NCBI RefSeq assembly: GCF_000143415.4 | Contig: NW_003314326.1 | Coordinates: 372,001 to 436,000 of the forward strand | DNA length: 64,000 nt | Direction of reading: 5' to 3' | Origin: Selaginella moellendorffii | Taxonomy: Eukaryota > Plantae > Lycopodiophyta | Shown: one piece after another, positions 23,166 to 35,845 of the stretch | Numbering within the stretch: position 1 is the first letter of the stretch | Layout: every line of letters starts with the position of its first letter | The notes under the pieces: model-generated | Seen by the model: only the letters and a program-made list of their open reading frames with translations | The model's database searches: none | Told to the model about the DNA's origin: nothing | Position numbers and translations under genes: made by a program

Positions 23166-26100
23166 TGACTTCAACAAGCAAGAGTTGAAGTAAGGATATG
23201 GAAAGTAAACATAGATTTCACCGTGTTAGACATAGCAAGATTTGACATAATATTTGGGATAAATTGATTCAAACAGTTTGTGATAACCCTACATGAACAA
23301 GGTAAGAATGTGATGGTACTAACCAATACCTGAGGAGAACAATCCAAAGTAGAGGCCTAGGATCTAAAGGTAGGGCAATGTAAGGCCAAAAACTCCTGTT
23401 TGAACCTGTTGTCCATGAAAGGACAATTCACTAAAGGAACTAATACAACATTTTTGTGCTTACTCTTAGTGAGAAGACCATGCAAAAGGAGCTTTTGGTT
23501 GGGTTACCCTCCGCACAACTGATAAAACATAAAATTGAGTTGATCGAGGGTGCTAATGCAGTGGTTCATCCCCCTTATCGGTTGAATGAAAAGGAACTCG
23601 AGGAACTCAAGTACTAATTTGAAGAGTTGGTGGATAAAAGGTATATTAGGTTGAGCAAGTTATTATATAGGGCACTGATGTTATTTGTGACAAAGAAAGA
23701 TGTATCTATGCATATGTGCATAGATTATCGATTGTTTAACAAGTATACAAAGAAGAACAAGTACCCTTTACCAAGAATTGAGGACCTGTTCAATAAGTTG
23801 GGAAAAGTGAAATACTTCTCAAGGATTGACCTAACATTAGGATACTACTAGATTAGAGTAGTAGAGGAAGATGTTGTGAAGACAACCTATCATATTTTGT
23901 ACCCTATCTAGATCAATTTGTGGTTTTTTATATTAATGACATCTTAATCTATAGTGAGATGCTAGAGGAGCATGCCAAACACTTGATGAAGGTGTTTAAG
24001 AAATTAGGGGAATACAAGTTATATACTAAAGAGAGCTAATATAACTTTGCTCAACAAAAGGTAAAATTTCTTAGGCATGTGGTGGGCATAAGATATTCAT
24101 CAAAGAGGTGAGTTGCTTATGGAAGAAAAAATAGGTTATGTAGAACACAATAAACTTATCTATTATAAGTAAACAAGGGTGTATATTCCACATAGGAACT
24201 AAGGAAGCTAGTCTTAGAAAAGTTATGATAGACATTTTGTAGAATATGGTGGAGTGCCTAAGACGATGGGCTTACTCAAAAGAAAGTATCACTGCCCAGA
24301 CATGGTTAAAGACGTCCAAAACTATGTAAAGACATGTCAGCAGGTCAAAGCTGTAACTAAGGCTAGTGGGGGCTTGTTACACAGCCTTCTAATTCCAAAT
24401 TGTTGATGGAAATGTTTTATGATGGATTTCATCATGAGACTCCCCCCAAGTGAGGGGTTTGATGCGATATTCGTGGTGGTAAACCAATTTTCAAGACTCA
24501 ACATTTGGAATCTAGTAAGGGATTCCTTAAAATGGGCTTAACAAAGGCAAACTAAATATGTGAATATAAAGCATTAGGATGTAAAATTCCAACCTAGGGA
24601 GAAGGTGTGGCTAAACATTAAGTACATAAGGTTACCAAGTGGGATGAGCCAAAAGTTGACACAAAAATAAAATGCATATCTTCTTGGAAATGAATTGATA
24701 TTGAGTTTCTTAAGCAGGTTCATGGAGCCTTATGAGATTAAGGCTTAAACTAGTAAAGTGGTTTACTGCCTCCAACTTCCTTGGGAGATGGGGAAGATGC
24801 ACTCTATGTTCCACGTGAACTTATTTAAACTATATTTTGAGGGCCCACTTTGCAAAGACCAAGTAAGACCTTTACCTAAAGTTATCTAAAAGGAGGAAGA
24901 ATACGAGGTCAAGGCCATCTTCAATGTGTGTAAGAGCAAGTGACAAGGACATGAGGTGAAGGTGTGATACCTAGTTGCCAATACAAAACACCTTACGATT
25001 TCCTCCCACTTTCCCGTCGAACTAGATATGGACTGATGTGTGGCTCTTTTAGGATTTCTAGCTACCTGAGATGACGGAGTATGCAAATACTGATGATTTT
25101 GTGGATCCTGTCTCAGCTGTGTTGTACTTCCTACTACTCTTAGCTACAAAAAAACTGAATCATTTGCGAGAGATCTTTGCATACAAGAAGAAGATCATAG
25201 ACAAGCTTCTTATGGTGCTGAAACAAAAGGCATTTGGCGAGAATAAGTGATACCTCTACCTCTTCTAGCAAGTTGAAACCAAAGACTGGTAGCGCCTTGT
25301 CTAGACACTCCTTACCGATTGGGTGAGTGATAACCAAGCTTTGCCACATAGAAAATGCTCCAATGGTCCTAAGAGTACAATTGAGTCACAAGATACAAGG
25401 GCTCATATGGAAAGGGTATTGATCTAGAGAACCATAGATCAACTTGAGTGATGGATTCAAGTTTTTGAGCCAAAATGCACCATCGCTCATGATTGGACTC
25501 ATCCCATTGTAGTTGGATACTTTGGAAGGAGCAAATGTAGACCCAATTGATAATGGTTGCATCATGTTTGACCCATTGGAGAATTTGAGTGGATGAAAGT
25601 TCCCTTTTGCCACCACATGAGTTCTTGACACAACCTTACACTGCCTTCCAAAACCATATAAGTTGTGGACACTTACAAATCCTTTAGGATGGAGATCCCC
25701 TTTAGACGCATTTGACTGGATCCAGATGGTGGCTTTACTATAACCAAATATGGTATAGTGGTCAAAACAAATAGTGGAAGCATTATACCGACATGTAATG
25801 TTAGGGAACTACACTTATAAGCCAACTATCCAATTCCAAAAGATTGTAGATGAGGTTTTCAAGTAAGTTGCTTTCCATGGATGATGTGATGGGGATGCTT
25901 TTTTGAATACAAAAAGCTAGAATCTATCAGAAGGGGACCAATGTACATGGAACCAGCTTCAACCGTATTGCCATTGTGACTGCTAGGATATGAAGGAGGC
26001 ATTTTTTGGCTTGACTTGTTGTTTTGGTATATGCTGAATAATTTGGACAAGTATTGGCCTGACTCAAGCTTGACGTCATCAGACCACCTTGCTATCTTCC

Positions 26101-29100
26101 TGTCCCTGCACACTGCTAATCTGCAAGTGATTCTCTAGATAGCTGCTTTTCTGCAAATCTAAGAATGGATGTAAGCAGCTGCTATTGAAATGGCAAAAAA
26201 GCTAACCAACCCAGATCTGGAGTTCATTCCACATGGCCAGACTAAGGTGAACATATGCAAGTTCATCCCCGTCCAACAGTACAAGTCCCTAACATCCTTA
26301 CGACATGATGGTAGTTGATCACCAGGATGGACAATGTCTACTAGGTTGACATCACAAGAGACTAACACACCACCATCAGTCTCCAAAATGTTTTAGGCCA
26401 ATGCAAGCTTGAATAAATAAAAGTTACACAAGAGGCTCAATGTAAGAAAGAAGTGATATATAATTTCTATTTTCTTCTTCCATGATTGGTATCTAATGAA
26501 AATGCTCTCATAATTACTTACATAGTGTACTCTACACTACATCCATCATTTGGCCAGAAGAAAATGGCTAGTCAAAGAAGGAATAGAGAGTGAACAAAAG
26601 TTTATACACCTCCAATGTATTAGTGTTGGATTTGAGAGGATCACTTACCATGAGTTCCTTGGTTATGCTTAGAACAAAGAGCACAAGTGAACCATTGATT
26701 AGATTTATTTTCTGTTTGATAATTAGAAAATACAACACAAACTCTATTTTCCCACAATGGGATAGACCCCACAGTTTGATAACAAAGGTTTTTTTTTAAA
26801 AAGTCTTGTTTACAAAAAACTTTATTATCCCATTAATAAGATAATGGAACATATGAATAGACATGCCATGGTAAAAAAAAAAACTTTGGATTCCTTATAG
26901 AATCTTGCATTGAGAGATATGCTATATGGCTAGGCAAGCTATAGCTATTCGACTTCATGGCCACATGCATTGTATTTTTTCACACCAAAAAGTATGAAGC
27001 AATGAGAAATAATGTTAGGGTTTCTCACTTGTATCTGTCGCTGCTGCATTCTCCAGGAGTGCATCCAAAAGCATAGCAAGGTTGGGCTGCTACAAGGCTG
27101 TGTGCTAGCACAACCATGCACATTCCTCGCCCACACCAAGATCAATAGTTGCTTCGTTACGCATCAGAAAAATGAGTAATGCCAATGAAGTGTTTGCTTG
27201 GGTATAGCTCAAAACAACTACTAAGGTCGGGAGGAATCTCACTACCACTTTCCTGGCAGCGCAAAAACTGGTACAAATGATTTGGTTTTTGAGTCTTTCC
27301 TCACCCCCAGCCTGTAGGAACTCTTTACGGCCAGAATGCTGGAACTTAATACAACGACAGAAGGGGCTTTCACAGACTCTGCTCAGGTAGTGCTTGTGAT
27401 ATCGACTGATCTAGTATCTAATCACCCCCTCAAAAAAAAGACATGATGACGGTGATTAGACTAGACAGTGAGATTCATGAGACAATAGAAAGCAATCAGG
27501 TTGAGCATGTTTGTTCTAGTCTTTGGAAGTCACTTCTGGTGTGCAGCTCAGACATGTACCTAAGTACATTGGCTTGTGAGCATCAATCTTGCATGTGTCA
27601 TTTCATTCTTGAATCTTAGCTTTGTACTTTTATAAAAATGAGAGATAGAGCTAGTGGAGATTGCATTACTAATCCTCATTTTCCATGATACAGATTCTAC
27701 CTAGACACCCAAACTATAGGAGGTGACATAGGAAATGTTTGGAGATATTGTTTTGGTCGTGGTTGGTACTAGGTTACCAGACAAATGATCGTACACCCCA
27801 AATGAATGTACCAGAAATGTATGAGCTTTTGCTTCTAATTTGTGTAAGGGTCAGTCCCATAAATCCTCCAAACACAAATCTAGCTACTAAAACTCTAAAA
27901 TCTTCCTATCTTGCAAAACAATTCACTAGGAAAGTTAAATTAGTTTGTCATGCTAAGTTCACCACTTATTGGGAGATGAGGGCTATCCCAACCTCTTTAA
28001 CTTAAGATCTCCATAGATCCATCACAAACTCAAGCCCTTTCACATGCCCTAAACTCCTTTTGCTAAGTTATAATTTAGCTTATATTTATGCTTTCTCTAT
28101 TATAACTTGCATAAAAGATATGATGATCCTGAGTTCAAGTTCAAAGACTGGTAAGTTCACTTTTAATAACAACTTCCTTCCTCCAAGTCAAAGATTGGTA
28201 TGAGGTCTAAATCTCATAGTTTAGCTTCCTCAACTGAATTATGCTTATGCAAACTTATGAATATTCCTATATAATTGGGATTGATAGGATCTACCTTGGA
28301 GAATTCCCCCTGGAGGGTAGAAATGCCTACTAGGTTATTATACCAGAGAAACCTTATGATATCAAAGGTTTCCCATTGCATGCACACTATGACTTAGAGG
28401 GAGGATTGATCTCTCCTCTCTCCAAGCTTTCCAAGAATTGTGCAGGGCTGAATAGCTTATCTTTTGTGAGGCCTAATGCTTTCACTCTTTTCCACATTAC
28501 TAAAGTGGGAATATGATCAGTATTTGTTTTTCTTGAGGATTTCAAAGGATTATGATGCCAATGGAGGCAATGGATCAAAGACTTCCACGACCCAGCAGGC
28601 ATGCTCAAGACATACTTTCATTAACAAAATATAAATAAAAACATATGATAGAAATGAATAATGCCCTCCTTATTGCTGCAGCTATACTTATATAGTCCTC
28701 AATACATTACAAGACATATATGCAAATGCATGACTTATACAAAAGAAAATTATAGAAAGGTGGTGTGTGGATAAAGAAATTGGTAGCATATCCATGCACT
28801 TTAATGCATGCATTGTAGCTGCTAGAGCTGGATGTTGCAGCACATTCTCTACCTGAATCATAGTTCCATAGCTTACACCCTCAAACCCAGATTGAAGAAT
28901 CAAAGAACCCTTGGCAAAGTTGTGGGTATGTGGGCGTCCATAGCTTTGGCATGCCATGGCTATTATTGGTAAAATCTTCCCATCTTAATTTTAAAACTTA
29001 GTTTTTTTATATTTCATATGTATATGCTTATATTTTAGTTATCAACTGAAAAATATCTCCTTTTCTTTCTGGTTTTGAATTTTGCCACAACTTAGTACAT

Positions 29101-30106
29101 TTAGTCTCTATTTAAAATGTTAGCTAAATTAATTTATGGAGTATTTCATTAAGGTTTTAATATTTTGTAAGTATGTTTTTTCCTGATTATACTTATAATT
29201 CTTTTTAATAAAAAATACTATTCTAAAACCGGGTAACTGAATTTTTTATGATAAATTTCAGATCTTTGCTACTCAATCACTTGTGGTCTTGATTGTTAGT
29301 GTTTAAAACTAAAGCACAACACATCATGTCATATTTGAATACTATGAAGTAAAGGCAAAATTTTATCACCCAAATGGCTATATTATGCATAGTCTTAAAG
29401 AATAACATGACATTTCTTTTGTTCTCCAAAGAGAAAATATATTCTTTAAAATATTTCTTATTGTGTGTTGGGCCAGTTCAGCCACAGGAGAAAATGGGTT
29501 TGTGCTGGAATTCTCCCAGGATTTAGGTCTATTTTCAATGAGAAGGATGGCAAATTGATGATGTGGAGTTTGCTAGCAAGGTGGATGGCAGTGATGTAGT
29601 GATTGTAGGCTCACACGGTTGATCCAAAACCAACAGTTCTAGAGGAGCAAGGAGGAGCTAATGGCAGTAAAGAGAAGGAGCAACATTTTTTATCGCAAGA
29701 TCTCTAGGTAGGAAAAAATAGTTAAAGAGAACTTTCAACCTAGTGTTCTTATTGATGCTACTATGAGATATAGGAAAATTTGGTGTGAAACTTAATTATT
29801 CTTGTTAAGTATTGTGAATATGACTATAAATATTAAAAGTTATCAGTTAGAGTCAATAAGTCCTTTTAAATATTCTTCTTAGTGGCAGGAGATCAGTAGA
29901 AAATCATGACATTTAATATTTATATGTAGTCCATTATATCATTTATAAATTTTTAACATATAAACACAAGATTAATTTAAATAAATTTCAATTGTTAAAT
30001 AGTAAAAAATAAATATATCCAAAATTACAGTGTTCTTTAAAAAGGAAAATAAGAGGAAAGATAAATGTGAAGTATAGTAGAAACATGTGTGGGTCTCCAG
30101 AGAGAG

Positions 30107-30357
30107 CAAGAGCAATGATGGCCACCAATCCAAAGTACTCCAGCTTCAACACCGTCGCTGGACCATCACAGCCTGTGTCTCCCAGATGGCCCACGCTCTC
30201 TCACGCCGATTCCTCCGACCCAAGAAGGTCGCCACGCTTGTCCGCCCCATGATCCTCCTCACCTTCATGGGCAGCGTCCCTCTACCAGGCCGCAAGGAAT
30301 CCCCAACCTCACCCCACGATTGTTGAGGTGGGCAATCCACCCCTCCTTCCTAACTGG
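30107..30357 (+). pseudogene. Deletion-riddled copy of the fasciclin-like gene at 49583
   Basis: Blocks such as GCCACCAATCCAAAGTACTCC and GTCCGCCCCATGATCCTCCTCACCTTCAT are shared with 49685-49890, in order, separated by deletions. Confidence 0.85.
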
Positions 30358-30634
30358 GAACATTCGCTCATCAGCAAGAGTTGACGCACAGGAGGAGCTC
30401 CTCACTCTCTAAACCGGAAGCTGGCTGCTTGGACCGGATGGGCAAAATTCTACGGGTACGACGCTGGGGTACGCCAGTTCTTCAATGGTCTTCCAAGGGT
30501 GATCCTTGGCGACTCGGTGTTGAAGATGACGCAGGAGGATCTCAGGAAAAGGATGAGGCTCAATGATGAAATTGATGAAGTGCTGAATAGCGACCTTCCC
30601 GATTCTAGTTGATGGAAAGGTATACACGATTTCC

Positions 30635-33367
30635 ATGAATGGTGAGAGCTCGCGAGCATTGTGGCAGCTGAGACAGCTGACCAGGTTGGTGCGATCCTGC
30701 GGGAGCTCGAAAAACCTCGCCGAGGCAAGGCGGCTTCATGCCCGGATTCTCAGGAGCGAGCATCGCAACACCAAGTTCCTGAACGATCAGCTGGTGATCA
30801 TGTTTGGAAAATGCGGGAGCGTGGATGATGCTCGCGGGGTTTTTTCTGGCATTGCTGAGCCGGACAGTATCTCCTCAAATAGTATGCTTGCAGCATATGC
30901 CCAAAACGGGCATCTTGACGAGGCAAGAGCCATCTTTGAGGGCATGACTAGTCGGACAGTGGTGTCGTGGAACTCAACTATGTCGGCTTACGCCCAGAAT
31001 CGCAGTTTGAATGACTCAAAAGCGATGTTTGATGCGATGCCTGAAACTACATATGTTTCGTGGAACACAATTATATCAGCATTTGCCCAAACTGGGCATA
31101 TGGAAGAATCGAAGAGACTTTTTGATTCCATGCCTGAAAGGAGCGAGGTGTCATGGAATAGCTTGATCGCTGCGTACGCCCACCGGGGCTGTGCGGGAGA
31201 AGCCATGGATTGCCTAGAGAGAATGCCCGAGTCGAGCGTGGTGTCGTGGAATTCGGCCATGGGTGCGTACATCCAGGCCGGAGAGCTCAAAGGAGCCGTG
31301 AAGATCTTCAAGAGCATGCCGGAGCGCGACTCCATCTCTTGCAACGCGATGCTGGCGGCGTATGCCCAGTCCGAGCAGCCCACCAAGGCAAAGAAGGTGT
31401 TTGATCGATACAAGCTTGGCAAGAGCGTGGTGTCGTGGACTTCTCTTCTCCAGGCAAATGCCATGGCTGGAGATCTGGACGAGGCAGAGATCGTCTTCTT
31501 GCTCATGCCGCAGCACGATTTCATCTCGTGGACCGCTGTGGCCTCGGCGTTTGGATCGAATGGTTGCTTGGAGCAGCTGGAGGCGAGCTTGAATGGATCG
31601 TCCTCGGCCGAGAAAGAGGGAGCACAAACGGCGATGGTGGGAGGCTACGCGCAGTGTGGACAAACCGAGAATGCCAAGTCCATCTTCGACACCATGCCCG
31701 CTCGCACAATCCTCTCGTGGAGCAATCTTCTCTCGGGTTATGCCCAGCGCGGGCGGAGTAGCGACGCAAGGATGGTGTTTGCCAAAATGCCGATACACGA
31801 GGTGCTGAGCTCCACCGTGGTGATCTCGAGTTTAGCGCAGAGAGGCGAAGCGCTAGAGGCGAGGGCGATCTTTGATGGAATGGTTGAGCACAGCGACATC
31901 ACCTGGAACTCTATTCTCTCGGCCTACGTAGCGCAGGGAGATGTGGAGCAATCCAAGAGGGTGTTTGAGTCCATCCCAGAGAGAGGTATTGTTTCCTGGA
32001 CTGGAATCCTTCAGGCTTATGCCGAGACTGGAGATTTGGCACTGGCAAACATGACGTATGATCGAATGCCCGAGCAAGACGTGATTTCGTGCACAACACT
32101 AGTCCAGGCATATGCCCAAACGGCGCATTTATCAAGAGCAAAAGAGTTGTTTTTGGCCATGCCTCGGCGCGATCGTCTTTCGTGGGTGGCGATTCTCACT
32201 GGTTTTTCATGTCAGAGAGATGTCAATTCGGCAAAATTAGCGTTTGATCGCATGCCCGAGCAGGACGAAGTGTCATGCTCGGCTATGATAGCAGCATATG
32301 CCGAGAATGGGCATCTTGTAGAGGCGGAGATTTTGCTTCGGAGCAAGCCCAACCAGCAAATTTTATCATGGACGGCGATCATCACGGCGTACGCACAGCA
32401 AGGATTCGTGTCGAAAGCCAAAGAAACTTTCGAGAGGTTGAAGAATGTCAAGGACGTGATGCTTTGGACTGCGATGATCGTGGTGTATGCTCGAAACGGG
32501 CATTGTCGAGAGGCGGTGGTGACGTTTGAGACGATGACACAGGAAGGAATGAGACCCGACGAGGTTTGCTTTGTGACGATCCTCACAGCGTGCAGTCACG
32601 GTGGTCTTTTAGACGAGAGCCGGATGTTCTTTCGATCACTAAGAGATTTTGGGATTCAAGCGACGAACCAGCATTACCTCTGCATGATCGACATCCTCGG
32701 AAGATTAGGACACCTCGATCGAGTGGAAGAGCTCCTCCACACCATGCCTTTTGTTCCAGACGAGGAGGGGTGGGGAGGCTTCCTGGGCGCTTGCAAGATG
32801 TATGGCGATTTGGATCGAGCTGACCAAGTTGCGAGAAGGACCCCTGGACTGAACGCTGCTTCTCACGTATCGCTGAGAAACATGCTTGGAATCGCGGGGA
32901 GAACAGAGGACGCAGCAGCCGTGAGGAAGAAGATGGTTTCTAGCGGCTTGAGCAAGCAGCCCGGGATCAGCCTCATCATCGTCAACAGCGAGATGCACAG
33001 CTTCACATCCGGTGACGAATCCCACCCTCGAATCCACGAGATCCGCGCGGAGCTGCAGAGGCTCACGTCTCAAATGCGCGAGTCCGGCTACGTTCCCGAC
33101 ACGCACGACGTGTTCCATGCAGTGAGTGAGGCGGGCAAGAGCGAGCTTGTGTGGCACCACAGCGAGAAGCTCGCTATCGCGTTTGGATTGATCAGCACGT
33201 CGCCGGGAGTGCCACTGTGGATCAGGAAGAACCTCCGCGTGTGCCTCGATTGCCACAGTGCCACCAAGTTCATCTCCAAGGTCACGGGACGGTCAATTGT
33301 CGTCCGGGACTCGTACCGGTTTCACAAGTTCGAGAATGGATCGTGCTCTTGTGGAGATTTCTGGTAA
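30635..33367 (+). CDS. PLS-DYW PPR protein (organellar C-to-U RNA-editing factor)
   Basis: 910-aa intact ORF with SS/PLS repeats, E domains, PG box (KQPGIS), the deaminase signature HSEKLA...CLDCH and terminal CSCGDFW. Confidence 0.95.
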   Translation: MNGESSRALWQLRQLTRLVRSCGSSKNLAEARRLHARILRSEHRNTKFLNDQLVIMFGKCGSVDDARGVFSGIAEPDSISSNSMLAAYAQNGHLDEARAIFEGMTSRTVVSWNSTMSAYAQNRSLNDSKAMFDAMPETTYVSWNTIISAFAQTGHMEESKRLFDSMPERSEVSWNSLIAAYAHRGCAGEAMDCLERMPESSVVSWNSAMGAYIQAGELKGAVKIFKSMPERDSISCNAMLAAYAQSEQPTKAKKVFDRYKLGKSVVSWTSLLQANAMAGDLDEAEIVFLLMPQHDFISWTAVASAFGSNGCLEQLEASLNGSSSAEKEGAQTAMVGGYAQCGQTENAKSIFDTMPARTILSWSNLLSGYAQRGRSSDARMVFAKMPIHEVLSSTVVISSLAQRGEALEARAIFDGMVEHSDITWNSILSAYVAQGDVEQSKRVFESIPERGIVSWTGILQAYAETGDLALANMTYDRMPEQDVISCTTLVQAYAQTAHLSRAKELFLAMPRRDRLSWVAILTGFSCQRDVNSAKLAFDRMPEQDEVSCSAMIAAYAENGHLVEAEILLRSKPNQQILSWTAIITAYAQQGFVSKAKETFERLKNVKDVMLWTAMIVVYARNGHCREAVVTFETMTQEGMRPDEVCFVTILTACSHGGLLDESRMFFRSLRDFGIQATNQHYLCMIDILGRLGHLDRVEELLHTMPFVPDEEGWGGFLGACKMYGDLDRADQVARRTPGLNAASHVSLRNMLGIAGRTEDAAAVRKKMVSSGLSKQPGISLIIVNSEMHSFTSGDESHPRIHEIRAELQRLTSQMRESGYVPDTHDVFHAVSEAGKSELVWHHSEKLAIAFGLISTSPGVPLWIRKNLRVCLDCHSATKFISKVTGRSIVVRDSYRFHKFENGSCSCGDFW

Positions 33368-33426
33368 ATCTATATGGTCATAGCAGTCGTTCTTCTATTA
33401 CAATCCAAGCCATGCCAAGAAACTCA

Positions 33427-33950
33427 ACGAGGACGGGGGCTCAATAGTGTCTTATTGCTTCCTGCGTTCTTTCTTCTGGCTGCTCGTTTAGATCCTCGAA
33501 GCGAGCTTCAAGGATTTCCTGAGATAGAAAGAATTGCAGTCAGAGACACGAAAAGTATTAATGCTTGCCTCGCTGCCGCTTCAATCCACTGAGCATTTTC
33601 CCTACGTCTTTCTTCCTCGAGACAGATGAGTTTTATACTTAAAACAACTTACCCATCAAACCTGCGATACTCATCCATGCTCACTCGTCCAGCCGCGACT
33701 TGGAGCAGTACAAGTGACCCTCTTTCCAAGGGTGGATCACTTGTCAAGCAACTTAGAGAAGAAGTAGTTCGTACGAATACGTTTATTTCTCTTAGAGACG
33801 AGCGACTATTTGATGGAATCTGGTGGTAAACTATGCGATTTAGCGAGCTATTATTACTGGTCTGCAAGAGTTCATCACCACTGTTCTTCCAAAGCAGTTG
33901 TTAATCTTGTTTTCCTGGACAAGCTTATGCGTTTTGAGGAGATTTCTTCA
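33427..33950. pseudogene. Rearranged, decayed third copy of the eIF4A-like half-helicase gene
   Basis: 33427-33740 is the reverse complement of the 3' exons (CTGCGATACTCATCCATGCTCACTCGTCCAGCCGCGACTTG). 33770-33950 matches exon 2 in the forward orientation. Confidence 0.85.
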
Positions 33951-34127
33951 CATCTACTTAAGAGTCAAAAAACAAAGTTTTCCTATCTGTGAGATAAGTG
34001 TCTAAAAAGTAAACCAATTAAAAAATGAGTAATTACTTTAATTAGAAACACTGTTTAATTTCTAGATTTATATGCTTATTTTAAAATTAGAAAGGACTTC
34101 TAAGAAAAATAAAATGTATAAGATTAA

Positions 34128-34600
34128 ATAATATATAATAATTTACATTTTTAACATGAAAATTTAGTAAATCAATATTTGTTATATCTAAATTAAATTT
34201 AATGAGATATTCCTAAATTTTAAATTATCATTAATATTTGTTGGATTAGGGCAAAATATAAGCACTTTAGCGATAGATTGTGACAAGAAACCTTGGTTTT
34301 AGTGTTTTTCTCATCATTAAAATTTACTGCTAGTTATTTGGAAATTTATTTACTTTAATTTGATTTTATAATTATAATTAATATCAAGAAAATAACAATA
34401 TAATCAAATAATTTAAAAAATAAATTAGAAAACTAAAAGATCATATATATAACTCTTTGGAATCCATGTTTTAATGAATAGAGTGGAATTTTTAAAACTT
34501 TTTTGTTTTTTAAAATAGATATTTATATTTGTACATATTTATATTGATAAATGGTTTTATAAACAGTAATACTTTCTTGTACATTAAGTTTTTTATTTTC
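34128..34600 (+). repeat. AT-rich dispersed repeat, second copy at ~48610-49100
   Basis: Collinear shared strings (AAAATTTAGTAAATC, GATATTCCTAAATTT, GAAACCTTxGTTTTA, TTTGGAATCC). Confidence 0.65.
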
Positions 34601-34612
34601 TTCATCTAGAAA

Positions 34613-34736
34613 TCCCATAAATAAGAATGCACCCCTTCTTTCTAACTGGTTATGGGTATTAAGATAGATTTAAATAGTACTAGCTTAGGACAAAGATTAA
34701 GGATCCTTGGGTTTAAATAATACTAACTTAGGTGAT
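34613..34736 (+). mobile_element. Degenerate Cassandra-like LTR fragment
   Basis: CCCATAAATAAGAATGCACCCC... and TTAAGGATCCTTGGGTTTAAATAATACT align with 12679-12778. Confidence 0.6.
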
Positions 34737-35845
34737 AGAGATTAAATAGCTTTTGAACAACTTTCTTATATGTTCTTTTGTTCCTCTTTTATTCTCTCTC
34801 AACTTCTACAATCACACAAATTCCAACTCCACTAGTAGCAATTGTATTATAGTGAACAATCTTTCTAAAAAAGTTAAGAAGAAGATTTTTTCAGCATACT
34901 CAAAAGTATAAATTTGAAGACTCACTAGCTTTTTTATCCCTTCTATAATGATCTTTGTATAGTGAGTTTTTTAAATAGTTTAACTTGGACACTACAAGGT
35001 TGATTATTCACAATTGAAGAATAAACAACAGGACAAGAAGAATGGCCAATCTTCTACTCACAGTAAGTTAGATATTAAAAAGTTGTAAACTTTGCAGTGT
35101 GAGGATGACAAGAACGACCATTTTGATTGGAGGAAGAAACTTTCAATCGTTGCTTGTCAGCTCAACTGTGTGTGGAACAAGATGGAACTCGAAAATACTT
35201 GTGAATCAACTTTAATGCTAGAGGGCGTGTTCTATGGCAATCCAATGTGGATTTTATTGAATAGTGGGAGCGATAACAACTTTGTTTTGGCAAAGTTTGT
35301 TGTGGAGCATGGCTTGATCACTTGAAGAGTTCTTCCATACACGATAGAAGGTGTAGCTACCTCTACTTAACATTTCGATGTTTGTGTCGAGGGGCTGGAA
35401 GTGTTAGTTGGCAAAACCACACTTGTAAAGACTTTTTATCTCGCGAATATCCATTGTGTGGATCTCATTCTTGGGATGCCATAGTTGATGAAGGTGGATC
35501 CAAAGATAAAGTGGAGTATTAAGCGTGTCTTGCTAGAGTATAGTGGCGTTAAAGATGTGTGGTTTGAAGAAGGAGTTCAACCACCAGTTGTTATACTCTC
35601 TGCTACATCTTTGAAGTGGGCTTGTCGTAATGGAAAAGCACTTTCGAGTTACTTGCTATTTGTTCGTAACTTGGGGAACTAAGACATATGTGAGGGAGAA
35701 GCAGTAGTACAGGATGTACTTGACAAGTTTTCTAATGTTTTTCCTCCATTATGAGGTGTGTAGCATGGGTGTAAGCTTTTGAATTTAGACTTTTCGGGAC
35801 AAGTTTTCTAATGTTTTTCCTCCATTATGAGGTGTGTAGCATGGG

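Larger units (their letters stand above)
11060..24980 (+). mobile_element. Decayed Ty3/gypsy chromovirus (host of several nested insertions; 3' LTR missing)
   Basis: LTR ends ...TTTACA at 12254 and PBS TGGTATCGAAGCC (tRNA-iMet type) starts at 12258. gag remnants resume at 20876 with the zinc knuckle CFNCGEVEHFLREC. RT ([25 protein letters not shown]) lies at ~23700, integrase remnants at ~24200-24500, and a chromodomain-like EEEYEVKAI...YLV at ~24890. Confidence 0.85.

Noticed and set aside
30430-30612. Short protein-like frame (FYGYDAGVRQFFNGLPRVILGD...) upstream of the DYW gene
   Set aside because: No start context or recognisable family, so it cannot be supported as a gene.
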